From positions 4,436-68,435 of the forward strand of contig SUWU01000004.1 of NCBI GenBank assembly GCA_015061295.1: a DNA stretch of 64,000 bases. Reading direction: 5' to 3'. The notes under the pieces were generated by a model. It saw only the letters and a program-made list of their open reading frames with translations. It was not told the origin of the DNA and made no database searches. The stretch's first letter is position 1; the number at the start of each line of letters is the position of its first letter. The DNA is from Lentimicrobiaceae bacterium. Lineage in GTDB: Bacteria; Bacteroidota; Bacteroidia; Bacteroidales; F082. A program made the position numbers and the translations under genes. This document shows positions 37,689-47,090 of the stretch, piece after piece.

Positions 37689-39554
37689 ATGACCATTCCC
37701 GACAAAATAAAATCAATCCTAAAAACCATTCCCACCGATCCAGGAGTGTATCAATATTTTGATGAGAAAGGTGAGATTATTTATGTCGGGAAAGCTAAGA
37801 ACCTGAAACGCCGCGTACACAGTTACTTCAACAAACAGCAGCAGAGCAGAAAGGTCAGCGTACTCGTGAGTCGCATCGCCGACATCAGATTTACCGTCGT
37901 GAACAGCGAGATGGAAGCGCTTCTCCTTGAAAACAATTTCATCAAGCAATATAAGCCGCGTTATAATATCTTGTTGAAAGACGACAAGACATACCCTTGG
38001 ATTTGTATTAAAAACGAACGTTTCCCGCGTATCTTCCTCACGAGGAAAAAAGTCAACGACGGCTCAACATATTTCGGACCTTATCCTTCGGTGATGACAG
38101 CAAAGACACTGCTTGAAATGCTGAGGCAGCTCTACCCTATCAGAAACTGTAAATTAATTTTAAAGGAAGAGAACATAAAGAACAACCATTATCGACCTTG
38201 TCTTGAATATCATATCGGAAACTGCAAGGCTCCTTGCGATGGAAGTATCAACGAAGATGACTATAACAAGATGATTTACAATGTTAAGAAAGTCATCAAA
38301 GGTAACATTCAGGAAGTCTTACGCGATATGAAATCGCAGATGATGGAGCACGCGGCAAAGTTAGAATTTGAACAGGCACAAGTCATAAAAGACAAATACG
38401 ATTTATTAGAAAACTATCACGCCAAGTCGGTAGTTTGCAGCAACACAGCCTACGACATGGAGGTCTTTTCTTTTGAAGACGCTGGCAATTCTTTCTATGT
38501 CAATTACATGAAAATCGTGGAAGGTGCCATCATACAATCGCATTCTTTTGAAATAAAACGTAAGTTGGAAGAGACAGCAGAAGAACTGCTTTCGATAGCG
38601 ATTGTTGAGATACATCAGATGAATGCTGGCACTGACAATGACTCTGACATTGACATTGACAATGACATTGACAATGACTCCTATATTAATAAGAATAAAA
38701 ATATTAGAGAGATTATTGTTCCGATAGAATTGAATATTAATATAGAAGGTGTGCGGCTGACTATTCCGCAGCGAGGCGAGAAATATGAGATTTTGGAACT
38801 GTCGCAGCGTAATGCTAAACAATATCGACTTGAGGTAGAGAAGCTACGTACCCTCGTCGATCCGGAGCGCCATACGAAGAGAATCCTAAACCAGATGAAA
38901 GAAGACCTGAAACTTCCTGTGCTACCAGAAGTGATAGAATGCTTCGACAACTCCAACTTTCAAGGCGACTATGCCGTAGCCGCGATGACGCAGTTTGTCA
39001 ATGCGAAACCTAACAAGAGCGGCTACCGACATTTCAATATCAAGACAGTAGAAGGGCCCAACGACTTCGCCTCTATGGAGGAGATAATATATAGAAGGTA
39101 TAGCAGACTTCTTAACGAAAACCAACGACTCCCCGATTTGATTGTCGTCGATGGCGGCAAGGGACAGCTTTCTTCAGCAGTTAAAATATTACAACAGTTA
39201 GGATTAAACGGTAAAATCAGCATCATCGGCATCGCGGAGAAGTTGGAAGAAATATATTTCCCTGGCGACAGCATACCTTTATATATAGACAAACGCTCCG
39301 AGACTTTGAAGGTGATTCAACACATAAGAGACGAAGCCCATAGATTCGGCATCACACATCACAGAAAGAAATTCGAGAAAGGCTTCATTCACTCAGAGCT
39401 CAACGACATCAAAGGCATTGGCAAGCATACCGCTGAGAAATTGATGTTAGAATTAAAATCTGTCAAGAATATCAAAGAAGCTGATTTAGAGACATTAACA
39501 GAGATTATCGGCAAAGCCAAGGCTGATATTATATGGAAATATTTCCATTCCTAA
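37689..39554 (+). CDS. uvrC: Excinuclease ABC subunit C, with a repeat-derived in-frame insertion
   Basis: GIY-YIG (GVYQYF..IIYVGKAKNL), UVR domain, endonuclease and HhH domains. Linker TDNDSDIDIDNDIDND is encoded by a GACAAT/GACATT array. Confidence 0.95.
   Translation: MTIPDKIKSILKTIPTDPGVYQYFDEKGEIIYVGKAKNLKRRVHSYFNKQQQSRKVSVLVSRIADIRFTVVNSEMEALLLENNFIKQYKPRYNILLKDDKTYPWICIKNERFPRIFLTRKKVNDGSTYFGPYPSVMTAKTLLEMLRQLYPIRNCKLILKEENIKNNHYRPCLEYHIGNCKAPCDGSINEDDYNKMIYNVKKVIKGNIQEVLRDMKSQMMEHAAKLEFEQAQVIKDKYDLLENYHAKSVVCSNTAYDMEVFSFEDAGNSFYVNYMKIVEGAIIQSHSFEIKRKLEETAEELLSIAIVEIHQMNAGTDNDSDIDIDNDIDNDSYINKNKNIREIIVPIELNINIEGVRLTIPQRGEKYEILELSQRNAKQYRLEVEKLRTLVDPERHTKRILNQMKEDLKLPVLPEVIECFDNSNFQGDYAVAAMTQFVNAKPNKSGYRHFNIKTVEGPNDFASMEEIIYRRYSRLLNENQRLPDLIVVDGGKGQLSSAVKILQQLGLNGKISIIGIAEKLEEIYFPGDSIPLYIDKRSETLKVIQHIRDEAHRFGITHHRKKFEKGFIHSELNDIKGIGKHTAEKLMLELKSVKNIKEADLETLTEIIGKAKADIIWKYFHS
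38632..38690. repeat. Word array R18 inside uvrC: hexamers GACAAT/GACATT/GACTCT
   Basis: Read in frame as TDNDSDIDIDNDIDND. 38633-38678 is identical to 56259-56304. Confidence 0.95.
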
Positions 39555-39606
39555 AAAAAAATTAAAACTTTTTTCATAATTTCTTGTTTTTTCATTAATA
39601 ATTATT

Positions 39607-39614
39607 TAACTTTG
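39607..39614 (+). promoter_or_regulatory. Candidate -7 box for the 1511-aa T9SS cargo gene
   Basis: taactttg, 45 nt before the ATG. Confidence 0.45.
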
Positions 39615-39658
39615 GTGCATACTTTAATAAACATATGTTTAACTAATATTAACGTGTT

Positions 39659-42600
39659 ATGAAAACAGCTACTTTTATCAAGAGGTTCGCCTCTGTATTG
39701 TTAGTAATGGTTCTCATGCTTCAGAATTTTGCCTTTGCGCAAGTTCAAGGACCAGCAGATTTTTACACAAAATCTAAAAAAAGTGAAAAACAGCAAACCG
39801 TCAAAGGACAGAAAGCTAGTCCTAAGATGATGCAGATGTTGAGAAAGGCAGAAAAGCAATCAGCTTTCCCTTCAGCAACAGGTCTCAAAAAGGTAACACC
39901 AAACAAAAACATTTCTAGAGCTCCTTTGGCAGTGACAGAGAGCGGTGCTACTTTATTCGGTAATTTAATTTACAGCAGCGATTGGGAAGATAGCTCACAA
40001 ACAGGTTTTTACAACATCAACCCTAACACTGGTGAATACACTACTATTGCGACAAACGAGATGCTCGCTGGCGCAGGTACCGTAGTGGATGGCATAGGCT
40101 ACATTTCATACGGTGAATCCGACTGGTGGGGCTCTATATTAAGTCTATATACAATTGTCTATGATGTAGAGAACGGTGAGATAATAGAAGCTATTGAACA
40201 TGATCCTGAGGACTACACTTCATACGCAATAAATATGGCTTACAACTATGTTGATAAAACTATTTATGCCATAACATACAATGAAGATGCTAGTCTTTGT
40301 AGATTAAGCACATTCGATCGCACTAATTACACCTATAGTATGATAGCAGATTTCCCTGCTGAATATGACATCTTCGCGATGACATTCGATCCTAATGGCA
40401 CCTTATATTTAATACTTGCCGACGGTGTCGTCTATGAAGCAGATCCTGAAACAGGCGCTATCATCGGCGAAGTCGCAAATACAGGTTTCAGTCCTAGATA
40501 TATGCAGTCAGCATGTTGGAGCCCTGTCGATAATCAGATTCTCTGGGCTGCATCTAATGATGATGAAAGTTATATCTTAGCTATAGACGTAGCAACTGGC
40601 ACAACAGAGACACTCTGCACATTCAACTACTATGAAGAATGGACAAGTCTCTACACCACCGACCCAATAGCTGGAGAAAACGCTCCTGCAGAGCCATTAA
40701 TCGTAGTGACATTAGACTCACCATCAGCTCTCACTGGCACTATCATGGCAGTAGCACCTACAGCAACACTTGCAGGTAACACACTCTCGGAAACAGGTCT
40801 TTCTTTCGTGGTAGAATTAAATGGCGAGGAGATTTACAACGCTGCAGCAACACCAGGTCAAATGGTAACTCTCACCCCTACATTTGCTGAAGGAAATAAC
40901 ACTGTACGTGCTTACGCTATCAACGACGATGGTAAGGGTGCCATTGCAACATACAAACTCTACGCTGGCGAAGACACTCCTAAGCCTGTCACAAACCTCG
41001 AAGTCTCTATCGACGACAGCGGATTAGCAACACTCACATGGGTTGCTCCTACAGAAGGCGCCAATGGTGGTTATCTTAACACAGCAGCATTGACATACAC
41101 AGTGGAACGTTTAGGTGAAGTTGTGGCAACAGGTCTTACTAATACCACATATACAGATCAACTTCCTGATGGCATGGCATCTTACGAATGGACAGTATAT
41201 GCAGTATCAGGCGAAAAAACAAGTGAACCTACATTTACAGATAGAGTCATCTTTGGCGATGCTATCGTATTACCATACGAACACGCATTCGATAACGAAG
41301 GTTGCTTAGACCTCTACACTGTGGTGGATAATAATCTTGACGAAAAAACATGGACATTTAGTGCTTCAAATGCTGCTATACAATATCCTTATAATAGTAA
41401 CAGCGATGCTGACGACTATGCTATCACTCCTCCTCTCCAACTCACAAATGAGAAGATGATAAGTGTAGAGGTAACAACATTATGTTATTCTCTCTCATAC
41501 CCTGAAAAGATTGAGATAACACTCGGCACAAGCACAGATCCTTCAACACATACTACAATTCTTATCCCAGAAACTGTAGTCGATTGGAACGCACCTCAGA
41601 CATTACGTGCTAACTTCTCTGTTGAGGAGGCTGGAACATATTACATTGGTATCCATGCTGTTTCTGACGCTGACATGTTCTATCTGTTAGTAAAAGACAT
41701 CACAGTCAAAGAAGCTGCTGGATTTGGTGCTCCTAAAGCTGTAGAAAACGTAACAGCAACACCAGGTGCTAACGGTGCTTTAACAGCAACCCTCGCTTTC
41801 ACAGCACCAACAGAATCATTCGGTGGAGATGCTCTCACAGAAGACGTAACAGTAACAGCTTATCGCGGTGAAGAACTCATTGGTACCACAACATTAGCTC
41901 CAGGTGCTAATGGAACTATCACCGACAACAACGCTGCTCAAGGAAACAACAAATATACATTAGTAACATCTAACAGCGAAGGCGAAGGCGACGTTTATGA
42001 AATCTCATGCTTCTGTGGTGTCGATATTCCTTCATCAGTAACTAACCTTAAGTTCACCACAGCAGATGACAACCAATCAACAGTGATGTCATGGGACGCT
42101 CCTACAACAGGTGCACAAGGTGGTTATGTGAATGTAGAAGAACTTGTCTATACAATCTATGTCCCAACACCTGATGGATATTACATCGAACCTATCGATG
42201 AGACTACAGAATTATCATATACAATCACTGTAGAAGAAACTGCACTCACTGGTTATTCATACTATGTATCAGCAAAGAATGATGCTGGTGAAAGCGACGC
42301 AAACGGTGGCAGCGTAGTATTAGGTAAACCATATGCACTTCCATTCGTTGAACAATTGACAGGTACTTCATTGGCAAACGGACCATGGTATTTGTACAAC
42401 TCAGACGATTCTTATGCTGAATGGGGTATAGGTGCTACAATGGAGAACTACAACCTTCCAGAAGTAGTCACAGCACCAGACGGCGGTATGATGGTATGCT
42501 ACGACTCATGGGAATATGCTGGCGGCAGCTGCGGATTGAAGGCTCCTAAAATGTCTCTCGCAGGAGCAACAGCACCAACATTATACTTCTCAATGTATCA

Positions 42601-44194
42601 TTACGCAACAGCAGACGATGTTAACGAATTGAAGATCTCTGTCACCACGGACGATAACACATACGAAGAGATATTCGCTAAGAAAGTAAACGACATCGAC
42701 GAATATGGTTGGGTTGAATATCAAGTAAGCCTCGACGAATATAAAGAAGCTGCTTGGATTGCTCTTATGTTCGATGCTAATATCACACCAAACGGTTTCG
42801 TATTCATAGACTATGTAATCGTTGAAAACGCATCAGAAAATGATGTCATGGTAAAATCTGTCAATGTTCCTTCAAATGTTGTAATGGGCGAAGAAGCAGA
42901 AATAACAGCAAGCATCTTGAATAAAGGCACCAACGCTGCATCATACGAAGTGACATTCTTTGTTGGTGAAGAAGAATTGACAACTGTTACAGGCAGCGAT
43001 TTAGCAAACAACGAAGTCGCTGAACACACAGCAAAGTTCACTCCTAAAGCAGAACACATCGGCGTTGTTGACGTTAAAGCTGTTGTCACCATGACAGGCG
43101 CTACCGATGAGGTAGAAGCTAACAACGAAGCTACTGCTAAATTAAATGTAAAACAACCTGAACTTCCTGTTGTCATCGACCTTACAGGTGAAGGTGAAAG
43201 CACTGTTACATTAACATGGAGCGCTCCTATAGTTTCAGCAGAAGCTATCGTTGACGATATGGAAAAATATGAAAGCTGGATCATCGACAACAACATCGGC
43301 GACTATACCAACGTTGACGCTGATGGTGAACAGACATACGGACTTCAAGGTTATGAAACTCCAGATGCATACGGTCCTAAAGCATGGCAAGTATGGGCAC
43401 CAGCAGAAGTAGGTATCAATACAGAAACTTGGGCTCCATATAGCGGCGAAAAATGCTTGGTAGCATTCTCAACTACTTCAGGCGGTCCTGCTGATGACTG
43501 GTTGATCTCTCCTGAAATCGTAGGTGGAACAGAAATGTCGTTCTACGCAGGCGTACCTACTACACAATATGGTCCAGAGATATTTGAGATACTCTACTCA
43601 ACAACAGGCACCGACATCAGTACATTCCAACTCTTAGAACAAAGTTCTAAAGCTACAGAAGGATGGGAACAATTCACATACACAATCCCTGCAGGTGCAA
43701 AACACTTCGCTATCCGTTATAGAAGTGCCGACATCTTCGCATTGCTCATCGACGACCTCTCATATGTTCCAGCTGCAAGAGCTGCAAGAGCAGAAGACTT
43801 AGAAATATTAGGTTATAACGTATATGCTAACGGCGAAAAACTCAATGACGAACTTGTTACAGAAACAACATATAGTCAAGGATTAGACTGTATCGAGTAC
43901 AACTTCAACGTAACAGTTGTCTATAACGAAGGTGAGTCATTATTCTCAAATACCTTTGTTATCACAGGCGTTGGCATCGAAGATCTCAACAGCATCGGAG
44001 TAAATGTCTATGGACAAGATGACTTCATCAAGATTGAGAACGTAGCAGGTCGCATGGTAAGAGTCTTCACCGTTGATGGTAGAGTCGTTTACAATGCAAA
44101 AGCTACTGACAACGACATCTTAATCCCTGCAAATCTCGGTGTATATATTGTCAACATCGACAACACCGCCTCATGCAAGGTATTTGTAAGATAA
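39659..44194 (+). CDS. T9SS-secreted multidomain surface protein (Fn3-like, CARDB-like, choice-of-anchor-J/cleaved-adhesin-like domains, C-terminal sorting domain)
   Basis: Signal peptide. Repeated PKPVTNL..LTW.APT Fn3-like units, KSVNVP..ILNKGTN CARDB-like unit, PADDWLISPEI adhesin-type motif. C-terminal GVYIVNIDNTASCKVFVR beta-sandwich tail. Confidence 0.8.
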   Translation: MKTATFIKRFASVLLVMVLMLQNFAFAQVQGPADFYTKSKKSEKQQTVKGQKASPKMMQMLRKAEKQSAFPSATGLKKVTPNKNISRAPLAVTESGATLFGNLIYSSDWEDSSQTGFYNINPNTGEYTTIATNEMLAGAGTVVDGIGYISYGESDWWGSILSLYTIVYDVENGEIIEAIEHDPEDYTSYAINMAYNYVDKTIYAITYNEDASLCRLSTFDRTNYTYSMIADFPAEYDIFAMTFDPNGTLYLILADGVVYEADPETGAIIGEVANTGFSPRYMQSACWSPVDNQILWAASNDDESYILAIDVATGTTETLCTFNYYEEWTSLYTTDPIAGENAPAEPLIVVTLDSPSALTGTIMAVAPTATLAGNTLSETGLSFVVELNGEEIYNAAATPGQMVTLTPTFAEGNNTVRAYAINDDGKGAIATYKLYAGEDTPKPVTNLEVSIDDSGLATLTWVAPTEGANGGYLNTAALTYTVERLGEVVATGLTNTTYTDQLPDGMASYEWTVYAVSGEKTSEPTFTDRVIFGDAIVLPYEHAFDNEGCLDLYTVVDNNLDEKTWTFSASNAAIQYPYNSNSDADDYAITPPLQLTNEKMISVEVTTLCYSLSYPEKIEITLGTSTDPSTHTTILIPETVVDWNAPQTLRANFSVEEAGTYYIGIHAVSDADMFYLLVKDITVKEAAGFGAPKAVENVTATPGANGALTATLAFTAPTESFGGDALTEDVTVTAYRGEELIGTTTLAPGANGTITDNNAAQGNNKYTLVTSNSEGEGDVYEISCFCGVDIPSSVTNLKFTTADDNQSTVMSWDAPTTGAQGGYVNVEELVYTIYVPTPDGYYIEPIDETTELSYTITVEETALTGYSYYVSAKNDAGESDANGGSVVLGKPYALPFVEQLTGTSLANGPWYLYNSDDSYAEWGIGATMENYNLPEVVTAPDGGMMVCYDSWEYAGGSCGLKAPKMSLAGATAPTLYFSMYHYATADDVNELKISVTTDDNTYEEIFAKKVNDIDEYGWVEYQVSLDEYKEAAWIALMFDANITPNGFVFIDYVIVENASENDVMVKSVNVPSNVVMGEEAEITASILNKGTNAASYEVTFFVGEEELTTVTGSDLANNEVAEHTAKFTPKAEHIGVVDVKAVVTMTGATDEVEANNEATAKLNVKQPELPVVIDLTGEGESTVTLTWSAPIVSAEAIVDDMEKYESWIIDNNIGDYTNVDADGEQTYGLQGYETPDAYGPKAWQVWAPAEVGINTETWAPYSGEKCLVAFSTTSGGPADDWLISPEIVGGTEMSFYAGVPTTQYGPEIFEILYSTTGTDISTFQLLEQSSKATEGWEQFTYTIPAGAKHFAIRYRSADIFALLIDDLSYVPAARAARAEDLEILGYNVYANGEKLNDELVTETTYSQGLDCIEYNFNVTVVYNEGESLFSNTFVITGVGIEDLNSIGVNVYGQDDFIKIENVAGRMVRVFTVDGRVVYNAKATDNDILIPANLGVYIVNIDNTASCKVFVR

Positions 44195-44215
44195 GATAAT
44201 TAAAGATTAACATCA

Positions 44216-44247
44216 AAAAGCCTCACGAAATCTCGTGAGGCTTTTTT
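44216..44247 (+). terminator. Canonical intrinsic terminator of the 1511-aa cargo gene
   Basis: aagcctcacga aatc tcgtgaggctt followed by tttttt. Confidence 0.75.
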
Positions 44248-44274
44248 ATTTAATATAGTAACTAATTACACAAA

Positions 44275-44306
44275 TAAAAAAAGCCTCGACTTTCATCGAG
44301 GCTTTT
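44275..44306 (-). terminator. Intrinsic terminator directly 3' of tRNA(CAT)
   Basis: agcctcga ctttca tcgaggct. On the minus strand it is followed by a T-run. Confidence 0.7.
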
Positions 44307-44307
44307 G

Positions 44308-44381
44308 TGCTCCCACCTGGACTTGAACCAGGGACCAACTGATTATGAGTCAGCTACTCTAACCAACTGAGCTATAGGAGC
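44308..44381 (-). tRNA. tRNA with CAT anticodon (elongator Met or lysidine-modified Ile2); CCA not encoded
   Basis: Reverse complement GCTCCTATAGCTCAGTTGGTTAGAGTAGCTGACTCATAATCAGTTGGTCCCTGGTTCAAGTCCAGGTGGGAGCA folds as a cloverleaf. C4:G69/C5:G68 and the TTGGTC variable loop resemble E. coli ileX as I recall it. Confidence 0.9.
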
Positions 44382-44418
44382 AGGATAATTTTTATTCTAT
44401 CCTTTGGTTTTGCGAGTG

Positions 44419-44426
44419 CAAAGTTA
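44419..44426 (-). promoter_or_regulatory. Candidate -7 box for the second tRNA(CAT)
   Basis: Reverse complement taactttg, about 38 nt upstream of the tRNA 5' end. Confidence 0.45.
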
Positions 44427-44547
44427 CAAAAATATTGATAACATCGTAACAAAAAAATCAAAAATTTTCAAAAAAAATTATACTACACTTATTTATATTC
44501 AACACATCAAAATAATCTATATAAAATCAATGATTTACATTCAGAAA

Positions 44548-45531
44548 CTATAAAGTCTTATAATAATCTGCCACTTCATCTAATATCGAAAACACTTCCT
44601 CAATAGTCTTGACTTCCATCAATCGCATCTTAAATTGCTTGAAATTAACAAAGCCTTTAAAGTAAAGTCCCCAATGTTTACGCATCTCCATCACAGCATA
44701 AAACTCATCTTTCTTATAATCTAAAGAATCTGTCAGATGTTTTTTAGCCACACGCACTCTCTCTTCGACATTTGGAGGAGGAAGTAACTCACCCGTCTTC
44801 AGATAATGTTTTATCTCTTTAAAAATCCATGGGTTGCCGTAAGTGGCACGTCCTATCATAAGACCATCGACGCCGTAATTATCCAAGAAATATTTTGCTG
44901 AAGGTCCGTCAACGACATCGCCATTACCGATAATCGGTATCGTCATGCGAGGATTATTCTTCACCTCCCCTATTAAAGTCCAGTCGGCAGGCTCTCCCCA
45001 TTTTGTGGTACGCAGACGTCCATGTATCGTAAGAGCTTGTATTCCCACATCTTGAAGACGCTCAGCAATATCAACTATCTCTTTATGATCGCTGTCGTAA
45101 CCCAATCGAGTCTTCACCGTAACAGGTTTCTTCACCGCCTTCACGACAGCATCTGTGATGGCAATCATCTTTGGAATGTCGTTTAAAATACCAGAGCCTG
45201 CTCCTTTAGAAGCGACTTTCTTGACAGGACAGCCGAAATTAATGTCAATAATATCAGGATTATAACGCTCCGCATAACGAGCGGCTTCTACCATAGGCTC
45301 GATGCTATTACCAAAAATCTGAACTCCAAAAGGTCGCTCTTCTTCAACAAAACCTAACTTACGCACACTTTTAACAGCGTCACGAATCAAGCCGTCGGAA
45401 GAGATAAATTCGGAATATACAATATCGGCACCCTGCTCCTTACAAGCATGACGAAATGGAGGATCAGTGACGCCTTCCATCGGAGCCAATAACAAAGGAA
45501 TATCTTCAAATTCTATGTCAGCAATCTTCAT
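44548..45531 (-). CDS. dusB: tRNA-dihydrouridine synthase B-like
   Basis: LAPMEGVTD, DINFGCP, TIHGR motifs. Start set at Met12 (45531) because a minus-strand -7 box (45552-45559) lies inside the longer ORF. Confidence 0.9.
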   Translation of the reverse strand: MKIADIEFEDIPLLLAPMEGVTDPPFRHACKEQGADIVYSEFISSDGLIRDAVKSVRKLGFVEEERPFGVQIFGNSIEPMVEAARYAERYNPDIIDINFGCPVKKVASKGAGSGILNDIPKMIAITDAVVKAVKKPVTVKTRLGYDSDHKEIVDIAERLQDVGIQALTIHGRLRTTKWGEPADWTLIGEVKNNPRMTIPIIGNGDVVDGPSAKYFLDNYGVDGLMIGRATYGNPWIFKEIKHYLKTGELLPPPNVEERVRVAKKHLTDSLDYKKDEFYAVMEMRKHWGLYFKGFVNFKQFKMRLMEVKTIEEVFSILDEVADYYKTL

Positions 45532-45551
45532 GATAATCTCGAAATATAATG

Positions 45552-45559
45552 CAAAAATA
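45552..45559 (-). promoter_or_regulatory. Candidate -7 box for dusB
   Basis: Reverse complement tatttttg, 21 nt upstream of Met at 45531. Confidence 0.45.
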
Positions 45560-45584
45560 ATCATTTCATTTCATCAAAAAATAT

Positions 45585-45592
45585 TAAATTTG
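45585..45592 (+). promoter_or_regulatory. Candidate -7 box for the CPBP protease gene
   Basis: taaatttg, 16 nt before the ATG. Confidence 0.45.
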
Positions 45593-45607
45593 CAAAAAAA
45601 GTAAATC

Positions 45608-46570
45608 ATGCAATTTCCAATATTTAAACGTACTAACAAATTAGAAAGGATATTTATATTATCGGCATTAGTCGTTATCGGTTTAATCATAGGTAGCGTA
45701 ATAGGTGTCATATTTCCATTTGTGACAGGACAAGATGTAACGTCGTTAAGTTCACTTCGTTTCATGCAAATCACCTCGCAAATATTCACTTTCGTACTTC
45801 CTCCTATGTTATACGCGATGTTAGTAAAAGAAGAACCAATGACAGCCTTAGGGTTAAAGAAAGTCACATATCATTGGTTCGTAATAGGTATTGCGATGAT
45901 GTATGCTATCTTACCTCTTAACAACATCTTTGCCGAATGGAATGCTGGCCTAAAATTGCCCGAATCGATGAGCGGTATTGAAGAAATGATGAGATCGATG
46001 CAAGAATCTGCCACAGAACTAACCGAAAGGATGTTAAATGTCAACAACATAGGAGGACTCATCATAAACCTCATTATGATAGCAGGTTTGGCTGCTTTAG
46101 GTGAAGAGCTGCTATTCCGCTCTATAATACAGACATCGTTAATAAAGATTTGCAGAAATGCACATATAGGAATATTCTTAGCTTCAGCGATATTCTCTTT
46201 CATTCACTTTGAATTTTACGGATTCATCCCACGACTTGTATTAGGACTGTTAATGGGATATATGTTCTATTATTCACGAAGCATCTGGGTACCAATGGCG
46301 ATGCACTTCGTCAACAACGGAACAGCCGTGGTTCTATATTACCTTAACAACATCGGGATAATAAATGTTGATGTTGATACATTCGGACAGACGGGAGTAT
46401 TGCCTCTAATAATGAGCATTGTAATAATGATTGCTCTGTTCTGGCTTGCGATAAGGAGAACGAGGAATGAGAATGACAATGACAATGACAATGACGATGA
46501 CAATGACAATGACGATGACAATGACGATGACAATGACGATGACAATGACGATGACAATGACAATGAATAG
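45608..46570 (+). CDS. CPBP-family intramembrane glutamic endopeptidase with a repeat-encoded poly-Asp/Asn tail
   Basis: EELLFRS, FSFIHF, HFVNN CPBP motifs. The last ~35 residues (NDNDNDNDDDNDND...) are encoded by a GACAAT/GACGAT array. Confidence 0.85.
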   Translation: MQFPIFKRTNKLERIFILSALVVIGLIIGSVIGVIFPFVTGQDVTSLSSLRFMQITSQIFTFVLPPMLYAMLVKEEPMTALGLKKVTYHWFVIGIAMMYAILPLNNIFAEWNAGLKLPESMSGIEEMMRSMQESATELTERMLNVNNIGGLIINLIMIAGLAALGEELLFRSIIQTSLIKICRNAHIGIFLASAIFSFIHFEFYGFIPRLVLGLLMGYMFYYSRSIWVPMAMHFVNNGTAVVLYYLNNIGIINVDVDTFGQTGVLPLIMSIVIMIALFWLAIRRTRNENDNDNDNDDDNDNDDDNDDDNDDDNDDDNDNE

Positions 46571-46619
46571 TTAATAGTTGATAATTAATAGTTGGTAGTT
46601 GACAACTCACAATTTTCAA
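46466..46619. repeat. Word array R19: hexamers GACAAT/GACGAT (CPBP tail), then heptamers TTAATAG/TTGATAA/TTGGTAG/TTGACAA
   Basis: The hexamer part is translated. The heptamer part starts at the stop codon. Confidence 0.95.
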
Positions 46620-46632
46620 TTTTAAACTAAAA

Positions 46633-47034
46633 ATGGAGTATTTGTTTGTAATGGATAAGACATTGATTTATAAGTTTTTAAAATTCGGGATCGTAGGTTG
46701 TTCTGGAATGATTATAGATTTCGGAATGACGTATATTTGTAAAGAGTTTTTCAAACTTAATAAATTTATTAGTAATGCGATAGGTTTCATTCTTGCCGCC
46801 ACATCAAATTATTTCCTCAATAGAGTCTGGACTTTTGAAAGTCATAGCGAACAAATTGGAACACAATACATCCAATTTATGATCGTATCGACCATAGGAT
46901 TAGGTATCAATTCTTTGGTCTTATATTTATTAAACGAGAAATTAAAATGGAATTTCTATTTAAGCAAATTATTCGCGATAGGAATTACGACAATATGGAA
47001 TTTCTTTGCAAATCTGCTGTTTACATTTACTTAA
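46633..47034 (+). CDS. GtrA-family membrane protein
   Basis: 4-TM protein. KFLKFGIVG..NRVWTF GtrA signature. Start may be Met7 (46651). Confidence 0.8.
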   Translation: MEYLFVMDKTLIYKFLKFGIVGCSGMIIDFGMTYICKEFFKLNKFISNAIGFILAATSNYFLNRVWTFESHSEQIGTQYIQFMIVSTIGLGINSLVLYLLNEKLKWNFYLSKLFAIGITTIWNFFANLLFTFT

Positions 47035-47048
47035 ATTAAAGTCAACGA

Positions 47049-47090
47049 GCTAATAGCTAATGGCTAATGGCTAATAGCTAACGGCTAATT
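47049..47090. repeat. Word array R20: heptamers GCTAATA/GCTAATG/GCTAACG x6
   Basis: Lies between the convergent GtrA and O-antigen-ligase-like genes. Confidence 0.95.

Noticed and set aside
46344-46619. ORFs encode HCHRHCHRHCH, SLSSSLSSS, VIVIVIV or VPKSPSPQVPKSPSPQ peptides (also 23097-23393, 19585-19770, 60873-61247, 38406-38822).
   Set aside because: These are translations of the word arrays in non-coding frames or strands. They have no start context and overlap real genes or spacers.
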